The position numbers and the translations under genes are program-made. This document shows positions 8,641 to 18,112 of a stretch of 24,000 nucleotides of DNA, in pieces. A model generated the notes under the pieces. The model searched no databases, had not been told where the DNA came from, and saw only the letters and a list, made by a program, of their open reading frames with translations. The DNA is taken from assembly GCA_902812335.1 (NCBI GenBank), contig CADDZL010000003.1, forward strand, positions 1-24,000. Reading direction: 5' to 3'. Positions within the stretch are counted from its first letter, which is position 1. Every line of letters begins with the position of its first letter. Origin of the DNA: Chloroflexota bacterium (lineage in GTDB: Bacteria > Chloroflexota > Anaerolineae > DSLN01).

Positions 8641-9527
8641 CTCTGCTGAATCTACGGGAATACCATCGCCCCGAGACGGTCGAGGAGGCGCTGGCGGCCC
8701 TCACCCCCGGTCCCTCTCCCAGAGCTTGGGGAGAGGGGAAGGTCGTCCCTCTGGCCGGTGGCACAGCATTGATAGGCACAGGCGGACCAGATGTCGGTGC
8801 GGTTGTAGATCTGGCTGAGCTTGACCTCGCCTGCGTTCGAGCGGACGCTGAGGCAGTCTACCTCGGCGCGATGACATCCTTGCAGATGCTGGTCGAAGCC
8901 TCGCAACTGGCCGGCCCGGCGTTAGGGATCGTCTCCCAGGCCGCGCGGCTGCAGGTCGGCCGCAACCTGCGTGTGGCGGCGACGCTGGGTGGGACGCTGG
9001 CTGTGACCGGCCCCGAAGACCCGCTTGGGGTGGTGTTATTGGCACTGGATGCCCAGGTCCAGGGGGCAGTGGGCAGTCAGCGGTGGGCGATGCCCCTGGA
9101 TGACTTTCTTGAGGAGCGCGGAAAGTATTTGGAACAGGGCGGCCTGATCACAGAAGTTATCATACCCGGAGGTGCAGCGGGGACCGTGGCTGCTTTTGCC
9201 CGCGTAGGGCGGACACCCGCCGACCGGCCGATTGTGTGTGCTGCTGCTCGCCTGGCAGTGATAGATAGGCTGTGCGCCGGGCCACGACTGGCTCTGGGCG
9301 GTGTGGCCGCCCGGCCGGTGCGTCTGCGCCAGGTGGAGGAGATGGTCTCGGGCAAGATGTTGGGGGATGACCTTTTGGCTGAGGCAGCTACGCTGGCCAG
9401 TGCCTCAGTGTCACCGCCTTCGGATTATCGGGGCAGCGCTGACTATCGGCGCGCCATGGCCGGCGTGCTGACTAAGCGCGTGCTGGCGCAGGCGGCTCAT
9501 CTGGTGCTGACCGCTGAGCCGGCATAA
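8637..9527 (+). CDS. Molybdenum-hydroxylase FAD-binding (medium) subunit, YgfM/CoxM-like
   Basis: 296 aa. [14 protein letters not shown]...[11 protein letters not shown]-terminus, ATLGGTLA, and C-terminal [17 protein letters not shown] (CO-dehydrogenase flavoprotein C-domain motif). ATGA overlap with the LLM gene. Confidence 0.85.
   Translation: MTLLNLREYHRPETVEEALAALTPGPSPRAWGEGKVVPLAGGTALIGTGGPDVGAVVDLAELDLACVRADAEAVYLGAMTSLQMLVEASQLAGPALGIVSQAARLQVGRNLRVAATLGGTLAVTGPEDPLGVVLLALDAQVQGAVGSQRWAMPLDDFLEERGKYLEQGGLITEVIIPGGAAGTVAAFARVGRTPADRPIVCAAARLAVIDRLCAGPRLALGGVAARPVRLRQVEEMVSGKMLGDDLLAEAATLASASVSPPSDYRGSADYRRAMAGVLTKRVLAQAAHLVLTAEPA
8712..8737. repeat. Perfect 9-bp GC-rich inverted repeat (ccctctccc / gggagaggg, 8-nt loop) inside the FAD-subunit CDS
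   Basis: 8712-8720 ccctctccc, loop agagcttg, 8729-8737 gggagaggg. It encodes the PSPRAWGEG part of [13 protein letters not shown] in the variable loop before the AGGT motif. Confidence 0.7.
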
Positions 9528-9541
9528 TCGGAGCCAGGACG

Positions 9542-12500
9542 ATGGAGACAACGCTGACCGTCAACGATCGGCTGTATCGTCTTGACCTGCCGGTTTACAC
9601 ACGCCTGCTGGATGCGCTGCGCGGCCTGGGCTACTTCGGTGTGAAGCACGGCTGCGAGACGGGTGAGTGTGGTGCGTGTACGGTGTTGGTGGACGGCGTG
9701 CCGCGCAATAGTTGCGTCATGCTAGCGGCGCAGGCCGAGGGCCACGCCATCACGACAATTGAGGGGGTCGGCGGTCAGCAGGGGCGCGGCTGGCGTGGGA
9801 GTGGTGCGCTGCATCCGCTGCAACAGGCATTTGTCGAAACGGGCGCTATTCAGTGTGGCTTCTGTACGCCAGCGATGATCCTGGCAGCCAAGGCCCTGCT
9901 CGACCGACAACCGGCTCCCAGCGAAGATGAGGTGCGTGACGCGCTCTCCGGCGTTCTGTGCCGCTGCACCGGCTATTTGAAACCAGTGCAGGCTGTGCTC
10001 CGAGCCGCAGCAATCATGCGCGGCGAGGCCGTGCCGCCGTCCAATGGCGGTGAAGGGGAGCTGCCGCTGGCCAACCTGTTTGCCGCACCACAGTTCGGAG
10101 AGCGGGAAAGCCTGGGAGGTCTTGAAGGACTGCCAGGCCTGAGGAGCACGACGCAACTGAAGCCGGTGCCGACCATCGTCGTGGCGCCGCAGACCGAACC
10201 TTTCAGGGTTGTGGGCAAGCCGGAGAAGAAGGTGGATGCGCTCAAGTTGGTCCAGGGGAAGCCAGCCTTCACGGACGACTTTGAGATGCGGGGCATGCTT
10301 TATGCCAGGCTGTTGTTGTCCCCCCACGCCCACGCCCGCATCGTTCACATAGATGCCAGCCATGCCCGCGCCCTGCCTGGGGTTCACGCTGTGCTGACCT
10401 GCCAGGACCTGCCTCGCGTGGTCTTCACCACCGCCGGCCAGTCGGATCCGATCCCCGGCCCGATTGATACATTCAGCCTGGATCACAAGGTCCGCTTCGT
10501 CGGCGATCGGGTAGCGGCAGTAGCAGCCGAGACGCCGGAGATCGCGGAGCGGGCGCTGGGGTTGATCAAAGTCGAGTATGAGGTCCTGCCAGCTATCCTG
10601 AACCCCGAGGACGCGATGCAGCCGGGAGCGCCGGTGATTCATGACGAAGCGGAGTCCTGGAACATTGCCGACAAGAGCCGCAACCTGGCGGCGGTGGTCG
10701 ACTTCGAGGTTGGCGACGTAGAGGCGGGCCTCAGGCAGGCCGATTTTGTCTTCGAACAGACCTATCGTGTGCCTCAGGTGCAGCAGACGCCCATCGAGAC
10801 GCACGGTTGCATCACCTACTGGGACGAGGATGACCGGCTGGTGATCCGCACCAGCACGCAGGTCCCGTTCCACGTCAGGCGCATCCTGGCACCAGTGCTG
10901 GGGCTGCCGCCCAAGCGCATCCGCGTGGTCAAGCCACGCATCGGCGGCGGTTTCGGCTCCAAACAGGAGGTGATGATCGAGGACATCTGCGCCCATCTGA
11001 CCATTGTCACCGGCCGGCCGGTGCGGCTGGAGTACACGCGCGCCGAGGAGTTCATGTCCAGCCGGTCGCGTCACCCCATGATCATCAGGATGCGCACGGG
11101 CGTCAAGGCCGATGGCACCCTCGTTGCCAACGAGATGACGGTGCTGTCCAACACAGGCGCTTACGGCACGCACGCCATGACGGTCGCGGGTAACACCGGC
11201 CACAAGGCCATGGCACTATACAAAGCGCCGAATATCAAGTTCCATGCCGACATTGTTTACACCAACCTGCCGCCGGCTGGGGCCTTCCGGGGTTACGGTG
11301 TGCCGCAGGGCTTCGCGGCGCTCGAGCCGCACATGGAGTGGATCGCCCGCGAGTTGGGATTGGACCCGCTGGAGTTTCGGCTGAAAAACGCAGTGCGGGT
11401 CGGCGACGAGCACCCCCTGTCGCGGGCGTGGAGCGAAGGGCGCGAACCCAAACCGGAGTACATTCAGACCTGCGGGTTGGCTGATTGTGTGGCTCAGGGC
11501 GCGGCGGTAATGAAGTGGCATGAGCGCATGGGCAGCGCCGACTGGCGCACTGTCCCCGGCGCGCCCCATTTGCGACGCGGCCTGGGCGTGGCCTGCGTTA
11601 TGCAGGGGACTGCCATTCCCTACCTGGATATGGGCGCGGCCAGCATCAAGATCAATGATGACGGCTCATTCAACTTGTTGGTCGGCGCGACCGATCTGGG
11701 TACAGGTTCAGACACAGTGCTGGCCCAGATGGCCGCAGAGGTCCTGGGTTGCCCGCTGGAAGATATCATTGTGTACTCCTCCGACACCGACTTCACGCCC
11801 TTCGACAAAGGCGCGTATGCCTCCTCCACGACCTACATCTCCGGCGCGGCTGTAGTGCGGGCGGCGCAGCAAGTCGCCGAGCAGATCAAGGCGGTGGCGG
11901 CGCGGCTGCTGAGCCAACGGGGGGGGTCGGTTGCGGCCGCAGACCTGGTCCTGCACGACCGGGCAGTATGGGCACCGGACGGGCGCAGCGTGACCTTGCA
12001 GGAGGTGGCGCTGGAATCGTTACATCACACCGAGCAACACCAGATCATGGCGGTGGCTTCGTATGTGTCGCCGGAATCGCCGCCGCCCTTCGCAGCCCAA
12101 TTCGCCCAGGTGCTGGTGGACATCGAGACGGGCGAGGTGCGTGTGGAGAAGCTGGTTATGGCTGTGGACGCCGGGGTGATTGTCAACCCGGCGACGGCGT
12201 CGGGCCAGGTCGAGGGTGGGATGACGCAGGCGCTGGGCTATGCGGTGTGTGAGGAGATGTGCTACGACGAACGAGGGCGGCTTTTGACGACGCGCTTCGG
12301 CGACTATAAGGTCTTCCAGGCTGACGAGATGCCGGAACTGGAGACGATCTTTGTGGAGACTTACGAGCCATCACACCCGTTCGGCGTCAAAGCTGTCGCC
12401 GAGATCCCCATGGACGGCGTGGCACCAGCGGTGGTCAACGCCATTTATGATGCCGTGGGCGTGTGGGTGCGTGAGCTGCCAGCGACGCCGGAGCGCGTCT

Positions 12501-12553
12501 GGCGGGCACTGCGACAGAAGCAGACGCTGATGAACGCTCATGAACGCGGATAA
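9542..12553 (+). CDS. xdhD: Fused [2Fe-2S] small subunit + molybdopterin-binding large subunit of an XdhD-type molybdenum hydroxylase
   Basis: 1003 aa. The N-terminal 160 aa carry both 2Fe-2S motifs ([11 protein letters not shown]...C, QCGFCTP...CRCTGY). A linker of about 60 aa follows, then the Mo domain: [62 protein letters not shown] and KAVAEIP. The architecture and the GGGFGSKQ motif match E. coli XdhD as I recall it. GGAG RBS 8 nt upstream. Confidence 0.85.
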   Translation: METTLTVNDRLYRLDLPVYTRLLDALRGLGYFGVKHGCETGECGACTVLVDGVPRNSCVMLAAQAEGHAITTIEGVGGQQGRGWRGSGALHPLQQAFVETGAIQCGFCTPAMILAAKALLDRQPAPSEDEVRDALSGVLCRCTGYLKPVQAVLRAAAIMRGEAVPPSNGGEGELPLANLFAAPQFGERESLGGLEGLPGLRSTTQLKPVPTIVVAPQTEPFRVVGKPEKKVDALKLVQGKPAFTDDFEMRGMLYARLLLSPHAHARIVHIDASHARALPGVHAVLTCQDLPRVVFTTAGQSDPIPGPIDTFSLDHKVRFVGDRVAAVAAETPEIAERALGLIKVEYEVLPAILNPEDAMQPGAPVIHDEAESWNIADKSRNLAAVVDFEVGDVEAGLRQADFVFEQTYRVPQVQQTPIETHGCITYWDEDDRLVIRTSTQVPFHVRRILAPVLGLPPKRIRVVKPRIGGGFGSKQEVMIEDICAHLTIVTGRPVRLEYTRAEEFMSSRSRHPMIIRMRTGVKADGTLVANEMTVLSNTGAYGTHAMTVAGNTGHKAMALYKAPNIKFHADIVYTNLPPAGAFRGYGVPQGFAALEPHMEWIARELGLDPLEFRLKNAVRVGDEHPLSRAWSEGREPKPEYIQTCGLADCVAQGAAVMKWHERMGSADWRTVPGAPHLRRGLGVACVMQGTAIPYLDMGAASIKINDDGSFNLLVGATDLGTGSDTVLAQMAAEVLGCPLEDIIVYSSDTDFTPFDKGAYASSTTYISGAAVVRAAQQVAEQIKAVAARLLSQRGGSVAAADLVLHDRAVWAPDGRSVTLQEVALESLHHTEQHQIMAVASYVSPESPPPFAAQFAQVLVDIETGEVRVEKLVMAVDAGVIVNPATASGQVEGGMTQALGYAVCEEMCYDERGRLLTTRFGDYKVFQADEMPELETIFVETYEPSHPFGVKAVAEIPMDGVAPAVVNAIYDAVGVWVRELPATPERVWRALRQKQTLMNAHERG

Positions 12554-13349
12554 AATCTTTGAAGCCATTGTTGAGGCCGAACGCAAGGGCCAGCCGGTCG
12601 TGCTGGCGACCGTCGTGCGGGCACGCGGCTCGGTCCCGCGACACGAAGGGGCCAAGATGCTGGTCTATCCCGACGGCTCAATCTGGGGGAGCATTGGTGG
12701 CGGCGAGATGGAGTCGTGGGTCATCGGCGAGGCGCTGGCGGCGCTGCGAGAGGGCCGGCCCAGGTATGTAAACTACACGCTGGTGAATCCAGCAGAGGGT
12801 GACCCGGGCGTATGTGGGGGCGAGGTCGAGTTGTTTGTCGAGCCGCTGTTGGCAGCGCCGACGCTGCTGGTGGTGGGAGCCGGGCACGTGGGGCGGGCGG
12901 TGGCGTTTCTAGGGAAGTGGCTCGGTTTTCGCATAGTCATATATGATGACCGCCCTGACTACGTCACAGCCGACGCAGTCCCCTCCGCCGACGTGCGTCT
13001 CACCGGTCCGCTGGCTACGGCGCTCAAGGACATTGCCATCACGCCCGATACTTACATCGCGGCGGTGACCCGCTCTTATCCGATGGATGTGGAGCTATTG
13101 CGGCTGGTGCTGGATTCGCCGGCGGCTTATATTGGGCTGATCGGCAGCCGCCGGCGCGTGCAAGAGGTCTTCAAGGTATTGCGGAGTGAGGGCGTGCCTG
13201 AGGACAAGCTGATGCGGCTGCACGCGCCTATCGGCCTGGAATTGCACGCCGAGACGCCGGAGGAGATCGCCGTCAGCATTCTTGGCGAGATCATTATGTT
13301 GCGGCGGGGTGGATCGGGTAAGGCTATGAAGATGATGAATGGCACATGA
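12540..13349 (+). CDS. xdhC: XdhC/CoxI-family molybdenum cofactor insertion chaperone
   Basis: 269 aa. VLATVVRARGSVPRHEGAKMLV..GSIGGGEME, GGEVELFVEPL and a Rossmann segment LLVVGAGHVGRAV..IYDDRP. The start overlaps the xdhD-like 3' end by 14 nt. Confidence 0.85.
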   Translation: MNADKIFEAIVEAERKGQPVVLATVVRARGSVPRHEGAKMLVYPDGSIWGSIGGGEMESWVIGEALAALREGRPRYVNYTLVNPAEGDPGVCGGEVELFVEPLLAAPTLLVVGAGHVGRAVAFLGKWLGFRIVIYDDRPDYVTADAVPSADVRLTGPLATALKDIAITPDTYIAAVTRSYPMDVELLRLVLDSPAAYIGLIGSRRRVQEVFKVLRSEGVPEDKLMRLHAPIGLELHAETPEEIAVSILGEIIMLRRGGSGKAMKMMNGT

Positions 13350-14776
13350 CGATGTGGGATACCTACTACACACCGAGAACTGTTGACGAGGTCCTCGACC
13401 TGCTGGCGCGCTATGGGCGCGAAGCGCGCATTATCGCTGGCGGGACCGATCTTCTAATTGAGCTGGAACGCAAGGTCCGGCGAGTAGCCGTTCTGATTGA
13501 CATCACGCGCATTCCCGGCCTGGACGAGATCACCCTGGACGAGGCGGGCTGGATTCACCTGGGGCCGTTGGTGACGCACAACCGGGTAGTGAATTCACCC
13601 CTCATCGTCGAACGGGCCTTCCCGTTGGCGCAGGCGGCCTGGAAGGTCGGCGCGCCACAGATCCGTAATCGTGGCACCATCGCCGGCAATCTAATCACTG
13701 CCTCGCCCGCCAACGACACGATCACGCCGTTGTGGGCGTTGGACGCGCGGGTGACCTTGCTAAGCAGGCGCGGGCAGCGCACGTTGGGCTTCCCTGAGTT
13801 CTTCCAGGGAGTGCGTCGGACCGCGATGGCCGATGATGAGATGCTGATCGACATTGCCTTCCCGGCGATGGGCCGGCCTGAGCGGGGCACGTTCGGCAAG
13901 CTGACACTTCGGCAGGCGCAAGCTATCTCGGTGGTCAATATCGCTGTCATAGTAGAGTTGGATGATCACGTTGTGCGACGGGCCCGCCTGAGTTACGGCA
14001 GTGTCGCGCCGACGATTGTCCGGGCTGAGGAGGCCGAAAGATGGCTGGTTGGCAAGAGCCTGGATGACCCTGCGATTGCGCGTGCCGCGCAACTGGCGAT
14101 GGAAGCGGCGCGGCCGATTGATGACGTGCGGGTGACAGCCGAGTATCGCCGCGAAATGGTGGGTGTGATGACCGCGCGGGCCTTGCGAGCCTTGCGTGAT
14201 GGGGCTGAACGCGCCGATTGGCCCGATAGGCCGGTCATGCTTTGGGGGAAGACGGAGGGGCGCATCCGGCCCCTGCCGGGCCCAACGATGCGGCACGGCA
14301 CAGGCAGCGATGATGCCATCGAGACGCGCATCAATGGTCGGTCATATGTCGTCCGAGGGGCGAACGATAAGACGCTGCTGCGTATGCTGCGCGAGGATAT
14401 CGGATTGACGGGCACGAAGGAGGGTTGCGCTGAGGGTGAATGCGGTGCCTGTACGGTATTCCTTGACGGCATGGCAGTGATGGCATGTATGGTCGCCGCG
14501 CCCAAGGCGCATGGAGCCGAGATCACCACTGTGGAGGGGCTGGCGCAGGACGGAAAATTGCATCCGATCCAGCAGGCATTTATTGACGCGGGTGCGGTGC
14601 AGTGTGGCTATTGCACGCCGGGGTTTCTCATGGCCGGAGCAATGCTCCTGGCCGAACGGCCTCACCCGTCGCGTTGGGAGGCCGAGCAAAGCATCACGGG
14701 CAATCTGTGTCGCTGCACTGGCTACTATAGTATCCTGGCCGCGATTGAGCGGGCAGGCCGGACGGATCAGAGATAG
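13346..14776 (+). CDS. Fused FAD-binding (medium) + [2Fe-2S] (small) subunit of a second molybdenum hydroxylase
   Basis: 476 aa. Residues 1 to about 290 form the FAD domain (IIAGGTDLLIE, RNRGTIAGNL, VRVTAEYRREM). Residues from about 324 to 476 form the FeS domain ([26 protein letters not shown]). ATGA overlap with xdhC. Confidence 0.9.
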   Translation: MTMWDTYYTPRTVDEVLDLLARYGREARIIAGGTDLLIELERKVRRVAVLIDITRIPGLDEITLDEAGWIHLGPLVTHNRVVNSPLIVERAFPLAQAAWKVGAPQIRNRGTIAGNLITASPANDTITPLWALDARVTLLSRRGQRTLGFPEFFQGVRRTAMADDEMLIDIAFPAMGRPERGTFGKLTLRQAQAISVVNIAVIVELDDHVVRRARLSYGSVAPTIVRAEEAERWLVGKSLDDPAIARAAQLAMEAARPIDDVRVTAEYRREMVGVMTARALRALRDGAERADWPDRPVMLWGKTEGRIRPLPGPTMRHGTGSDDAIETRINGRSYVVRGANDKTLLRMLREDIGLTGTKEGCAEGECGACTVFLDGMAVMACMVAAPKAHGAEITTVEGLAQDGKLHPIQQAFIDAGAVQCGYCTPGFLMAGAMLLAERPHPSRWEAEQSITGNLCRCTGYYSILAAIERAGRTDQR

Positions 14777-14785
14777 GAGGCAGTT

Positions 14786-15073
14786 ATGGCTTTCCGACGC
14801 GCACCAGAACGCCCACGCCCCAAGCCCGATCCGGTGCGGCGGGCCTGTTTGGGCCTGGTCTATTTTGCGGTCCTGGCCGTCGTCGCTTACGGCCTGTTCA
14901 CGCTAATTGACAGCCGCGTGCAACTGCGGCAAGTGCTCGAACTGGGAAGCGAGATACCCGATGTGGTTGTGGCCGTTGTGGGATCGCTAGTCCTATTCGG
15001 TATCCTGCACTTGTTGGTTCTCATGGGGACCTCTATCGTTCGTGGAGGGAAAACGAATGGCACTCGGCCTTAG
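14786..15073 (+). CDS. Small hypothetical membrane protein (95 aa, basic N-terminus, two predicted TM helices)
   Basis: ATG 14786 lies 5 nt after a strong AGGAGG (14775-14780). Hydrophobic stretches [22 protein letters not shown] and [22 protein letters not shown]. Without this gene there would be a 280-nt hole in an otherwise gap-free operon. I recognise no family. Confidence 0.55.
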   Translation: MAFRRAPERPRPKPDPVRRACLGLVYFAVLAVVAYGLFTLIDSRVQLRQVLELGSEIPDVVVAVVGSLVLFGILHLLVLMGTSIVRGGKTNGTRP

Positions 15074-17255
15074 CCTGCCCCGCATTGACGCCCTGGGCAA
15101 AGTCACGGGCACAACGCCCTATCCCGGTGATTTGAACCTGCCGGGTATGCTGCACATGAAGATTTTGTTTGCCGGCCGGCCGCATGCCCGCATCCGCCGC
15201 CTCGACACGCACCGGGCAGAAGCCGTGCCTGGCGTTGTGGCCATACTCACGGCCAAGGATGTGCCCGTCAATGAGTATGGGCTGATTATTAATGACCAGC
15301 CCGTGTTGTGTGGACCTGGCAGCCGCAAGCAGGGCGCTGATGTCGTCCGCTTCATCGGTGATCAGGTGGCGCTGGTTGTGGCTGAGTCGGAGAAGGCGGC
15401 AGCGACCGCACGTGATTTGATCGAGGTAGACTACGATGATCTTCCTGTGGTCACCGATCCGGTTGTGGCGATGCGGCCGGACGCGCCGTTGCTCTTTCCG
15501 GAACTGGGCACGAATGTCCTCAAGCATTACCGTATCCGCAAAGGCGATATCGCTACCGGCTTTACCCAGGCTGATGTTGTCATCGAGAGCACCTACCGCA
15601 CGCCCTTTCAGGAGCATGCCTATCTACAGCCGGAGGCAGGCCTGGCCTACGTAGATGAGGCCGGGCGGGTGACCGTGGTAGTGGCCGGGCAGTGGACACA
15701 TGAGGACCAGGCACAGATTGCGCATGCGTTGGACCTGCCGGTGGATCAGGTGCGTGTGATCTATCCGGCTATCGGCGGCGCGTTCGGCGGGCGCGAGGAT
15801 ATGTCGGTGCAAATCGTGCTGGCGCTGGCAGCCTGGAAGCTGCGGCGCCCGGTCAAGATCGTGTGGAGCCGGGAGGAGTCCATCGTCGGCCATCACAAGC
15901 GCCACCCCATGGTGCTGCGTGCGCGCTGGGGGGCGACACGGGAGGGCAAAGTCGTCGCGGCAGAAGTAGAGGTCATTGCCGACGCCGGAGCGTATGCTTA
16001 CACCTCGACTAAAGTGCTGGGCAATACGACCCTGATGTGCACCGGGCCGTACGAAATCCCCAACGTGAAGGTAGACAGTTATGCCGTCTACACCAACAAT
16101 ATCCCCACCGGTGCCTTTCGAGGCTTTGGCGGTCCGCAGGGACTGTTTGCCGCCGAAACCCAGATGAACAAGCTGGCCGAAGCGCTGGATATGGACCCGG
16201 TTGAACTGCGGCAGCGCAACCTGTTGCGCGAAGGCAGCCTGCTCTCGGTCGGCACACCGCTGCCGCCAGGCGTGACCATCGGCCAGGTGGTGCAGGCAGC
16301 GGCGGAGGCTGGTTGGAACCTGCCCTCACCCCCGGCCACTCTCTCCAAGGCCGGCAAGAGGGGAGCAAGGGTAAAGGGTAAAGGCTTTGCCTGTGGTTTC
16401 AAGAACGTCGGCTTCAGCTTCGGCGCGCCTGAGCGTTGTTGGGCGACGGTGGAACTATACGGCGGGACCGAGATTGAGCAAGTGATTGTGCGCCACGCCG
16501 GGGCTGACGTCGGACAGGGAGCACATACGGCCATTGTCCAGATGACGGCTGAGGCTGCTGGCGTCTCTGTTGAGAAAGTGCGGTTGGTTGCCTCAGATAC
16601 GGCGGAGACAGGTGATTCAGGCAGTTCATCGGCGTCGCGCATGACCTTCATGGCGGGCAATGCCGTGCGGGGTGCGATGGAGGCGGCGCTGGCGAAGTGG
16701 CGCGATGAAGAAAGGCCCGCAGTAGCTACGTATGTGTACCGGGCGCCACCGACCACGCCTTTCGACCCGGAAACCGGCCATTCTGAACCCAACTTTGCCT
16801 ACGGCTACGTGGCGCAAGTGGCCGAAGTTGAGGTGGACACCGAGACCGGCCAGGTGCGGCTTGTCCGGGTCGTCTCTGCTCACGATGTTGGCCGGGCGGT
16901 CAATCCGCAACTGATCCAGGGTCAGATTGAGGGCGGGGTGGTTCAGGCGCAGGGCTACGCCCTCATGGAGAACCTGGTTGTGCGGGATGGCCGCATCCTC
17001 AACCCATACCTGAGCACCTATCTGATTCCTACAGTGTTGGATGTGCCGGAACGGGTTGAGTCTGTTATTTTGGAGTGCGCCGACCCACGTGGGCCCTGGG
17101 GGGTGCGCGGCATGGCCGAGATGCCCTTCCTGCCCTTAGCGCCTGCTGTCATCGCCGCAGTTCACGACGCGACCGGTGTGTGGTTCGACGCCATCCCCCT
17201 GACGCCTGAGCGAGTTCTGGCCGGTTTAAAGAGCCAGCGCTCAGCGAACGGCTGA
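15057..17255 (+). CDS. Molybdopterin-binding large subunit, xanthine-dehydrogenase-like (XdhA/PucD type)
   Basis: ORF 15042..17255. Start moved to ATG 15057, 6 nt after [35 protein letters not shown] (Glu aligned with bovine XDH E802), [10 protein letters not shown] (R880 equivalent) and GMAEMP (E1261 equivalent). Confidence 0.9.
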   Translation: MALGLSLPRIDALGKVTGTTPYPGDLNLPGMLHMKILFAGRPHARIRRLDTHRAEAVPGVVAILTAKDVPVNEYGLIINDQPVLCGPGSRKQGADVVRFIGDQVALVVAESEKAAATARDLIEVDYDDLPVVTDPVVAMRPDAPLLFPELGTNVLKHYRIRKGDIATGFTQADVVIESTYRTPFQEHAYLQPEAGLAYVDEAGRVTVVVAGQWTHEDQAQIAHALDLPVDQVRVIYPAIGGAFGGREDMSVQIVLALAAWKLRRPVKIVWSREESIVGHHKRHPMVLRARWGATREGKVVAAEVEVIADAGAYAYTSTKVLGNTTLMCTGPYEIPNVKVDSYAVYTNNIPTGAFRGFGGPQGLFAAETQMNKLAEALDMDPVELRQRNLLREGSLLSVGTPLPPGVTIGQVVQAAAEAGWNLPSPPATLSKAGKRGARVKGKGFACGFKNVGFSFGAPERCWATVELYGGTEIEQVIVRHAGADVGQGAHTAIVQMTAEAAGVSVEKVRLVASDTAETGDSGSSSASRMTFMAGNAVRGAMEAALAKWRDEERPAVATYVYRAPPTTPFDPETGHSEPNFAYGYVAQVAEVEVDTETGQVRLVRVVSAHDVGRAVNPQLIQGQIEGGVVQAQGYALMENLVVRDGRILNPYLSTYLIPTVLDVPERVESVILECADPRGPWGVRGMAEMPFLPLAPAVIAAVHDATGVWFDAIPLTPERVLAGLKSQRSANG

Positions 17256-17274
17256 ATGCCGTTTACGGCACCTC

Positions 17275-18108
17275 ATGTTGTCTCCTGAGGCAGCTTTCGA
17301 AGGCGCGCTTATTCTGATTAAGGGCGCGGGCGATCTGGCCTCCGGCGTCGCCTACCGGCTGCACCGCGCCGGTTTCCCGCTAGTGATGACCGAATTACCT
17401 GAGCCGTTGGTCGTGCGCCGCGCCGCGGCGTTTGCCGAGGCGGTGTACTCTGCTCAGACGAACGTCGAGGGGCTGGTAGCGCGCAAGGCAGCGAATGTGG
17501 CAGAAGCGCTTGCGCTGGCGCGGCAAGGCATGATCCCGGTGCTGGTGGACCCGACGACAACCTGTCTGGGGGCGCTGGCACCGCTAGTCTTGGTGGACGC
17601 GATCATGGCCAAGCGCAACACCGGCACGCGGATAACCGATGCACCCCTGGTGGTCGCATTGGGGCCGGGTTTCGTTGCGGGCGTGGATTGCCATGCAGTG
17701 ATCGAGACCAATCGGGGGCACTGGCTAGGGCGGGTCTACTGGAACGGGTCGGCTGAGCCGGACACAGGCATTGCCGCCCCAGTGGTGGGCTACACTGCTG
17801 AGCGCGTGCTGCGAGCCCCCTGCGACGGGCCAATCGAGACCTTCTGCCAGATCGGCGACGCCGTCCGGCAGGGGCAGTTCGTGGCAGCGGTGGCCGGGCA
17901 AGGGGTAGCAGCGCCATTTGACGGGGTGGTGCGCGGGCTGATTCACCCCGGGCTTATGGTGCGAGCCGGGTTAAAGATCGGTGATGTGGACCCCAGGGCA
18001 CAGCGTGAGCACTGCTTCACCATCTCGGACAAGTCTTTAGCAGTAGGGGGCGGCGTGCTGGAGGCGGTATTGGCGTCGCCGGCGGTGAGGGCGCGGCTGT
18101 GCCGCTGA
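17275..18108 (+). CDS. yqeB: YqeB/EF2563-family selenium-dependent molybdenum hydroxylase system protein
   Basis: 277 aa. ILIKGAGDLASGVAYRLHRAGFPLVMTELPEPLVVRRAAAFAEAVY matches my memory of the TIGR03309 family N-terminus. It sits directly downstream of a hydroxylase and upstream of yqeC. No clear RBS, so the start is uncertain. Confidence 0.7.
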   Translation: MLSPEAAFEGALILIKGAGDLASGVAYRLHRAGFPLVMTELPEPLVVRRAAAFAEAVYSAQTNVEGLVARKAANVAEALALARQGMIPVLVDPTTTCLGALAPLVLVDAIMAKRNTGTRITDAPLVVALGPGFVAGVDCHAVIETNRGHWLGRVYWNGSAEPDTGIAAPVVGYTAERVLRAPCDGPIETFCQIGDAVRQGQFVAAVAGQGVAAPFDGVVRGLIHPGLMVRAGLKIGDVDPRAQREHCFTISDKSLAVGGGVLEAVLASPAVRARLCR

Positions 18109-18112
18109 AGCC

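Noticed and set aside
9722-11203. 493-aa ORF on the minus strand
   Set aside because: It is antisense to the XdhD-like CDS, which has unambiguous FeS and Mo motifs. Its composition is R/G/A/H/L-biased with no motifs. Shadow ORF.
16369-16384. Tandem gggtaaa x2
   Set aside because: It has only two copies inside the Mo-subunit CDS and encodes KGKG. Trivial.
17253-17286. Possible selenocysteine recoding or read-through of the TGA ending the Mo subunit, followed by a small hairpin (tgccg-ttta-cggca, 17257-17270)
   Set aside because: Reading through in frame hits another TGA after 10 codons (17286). The hairpin has only 5 bp and does not resemble a bacterial SECIS. No other in-frame TGA candidates were seen in the hydroxylase genes.
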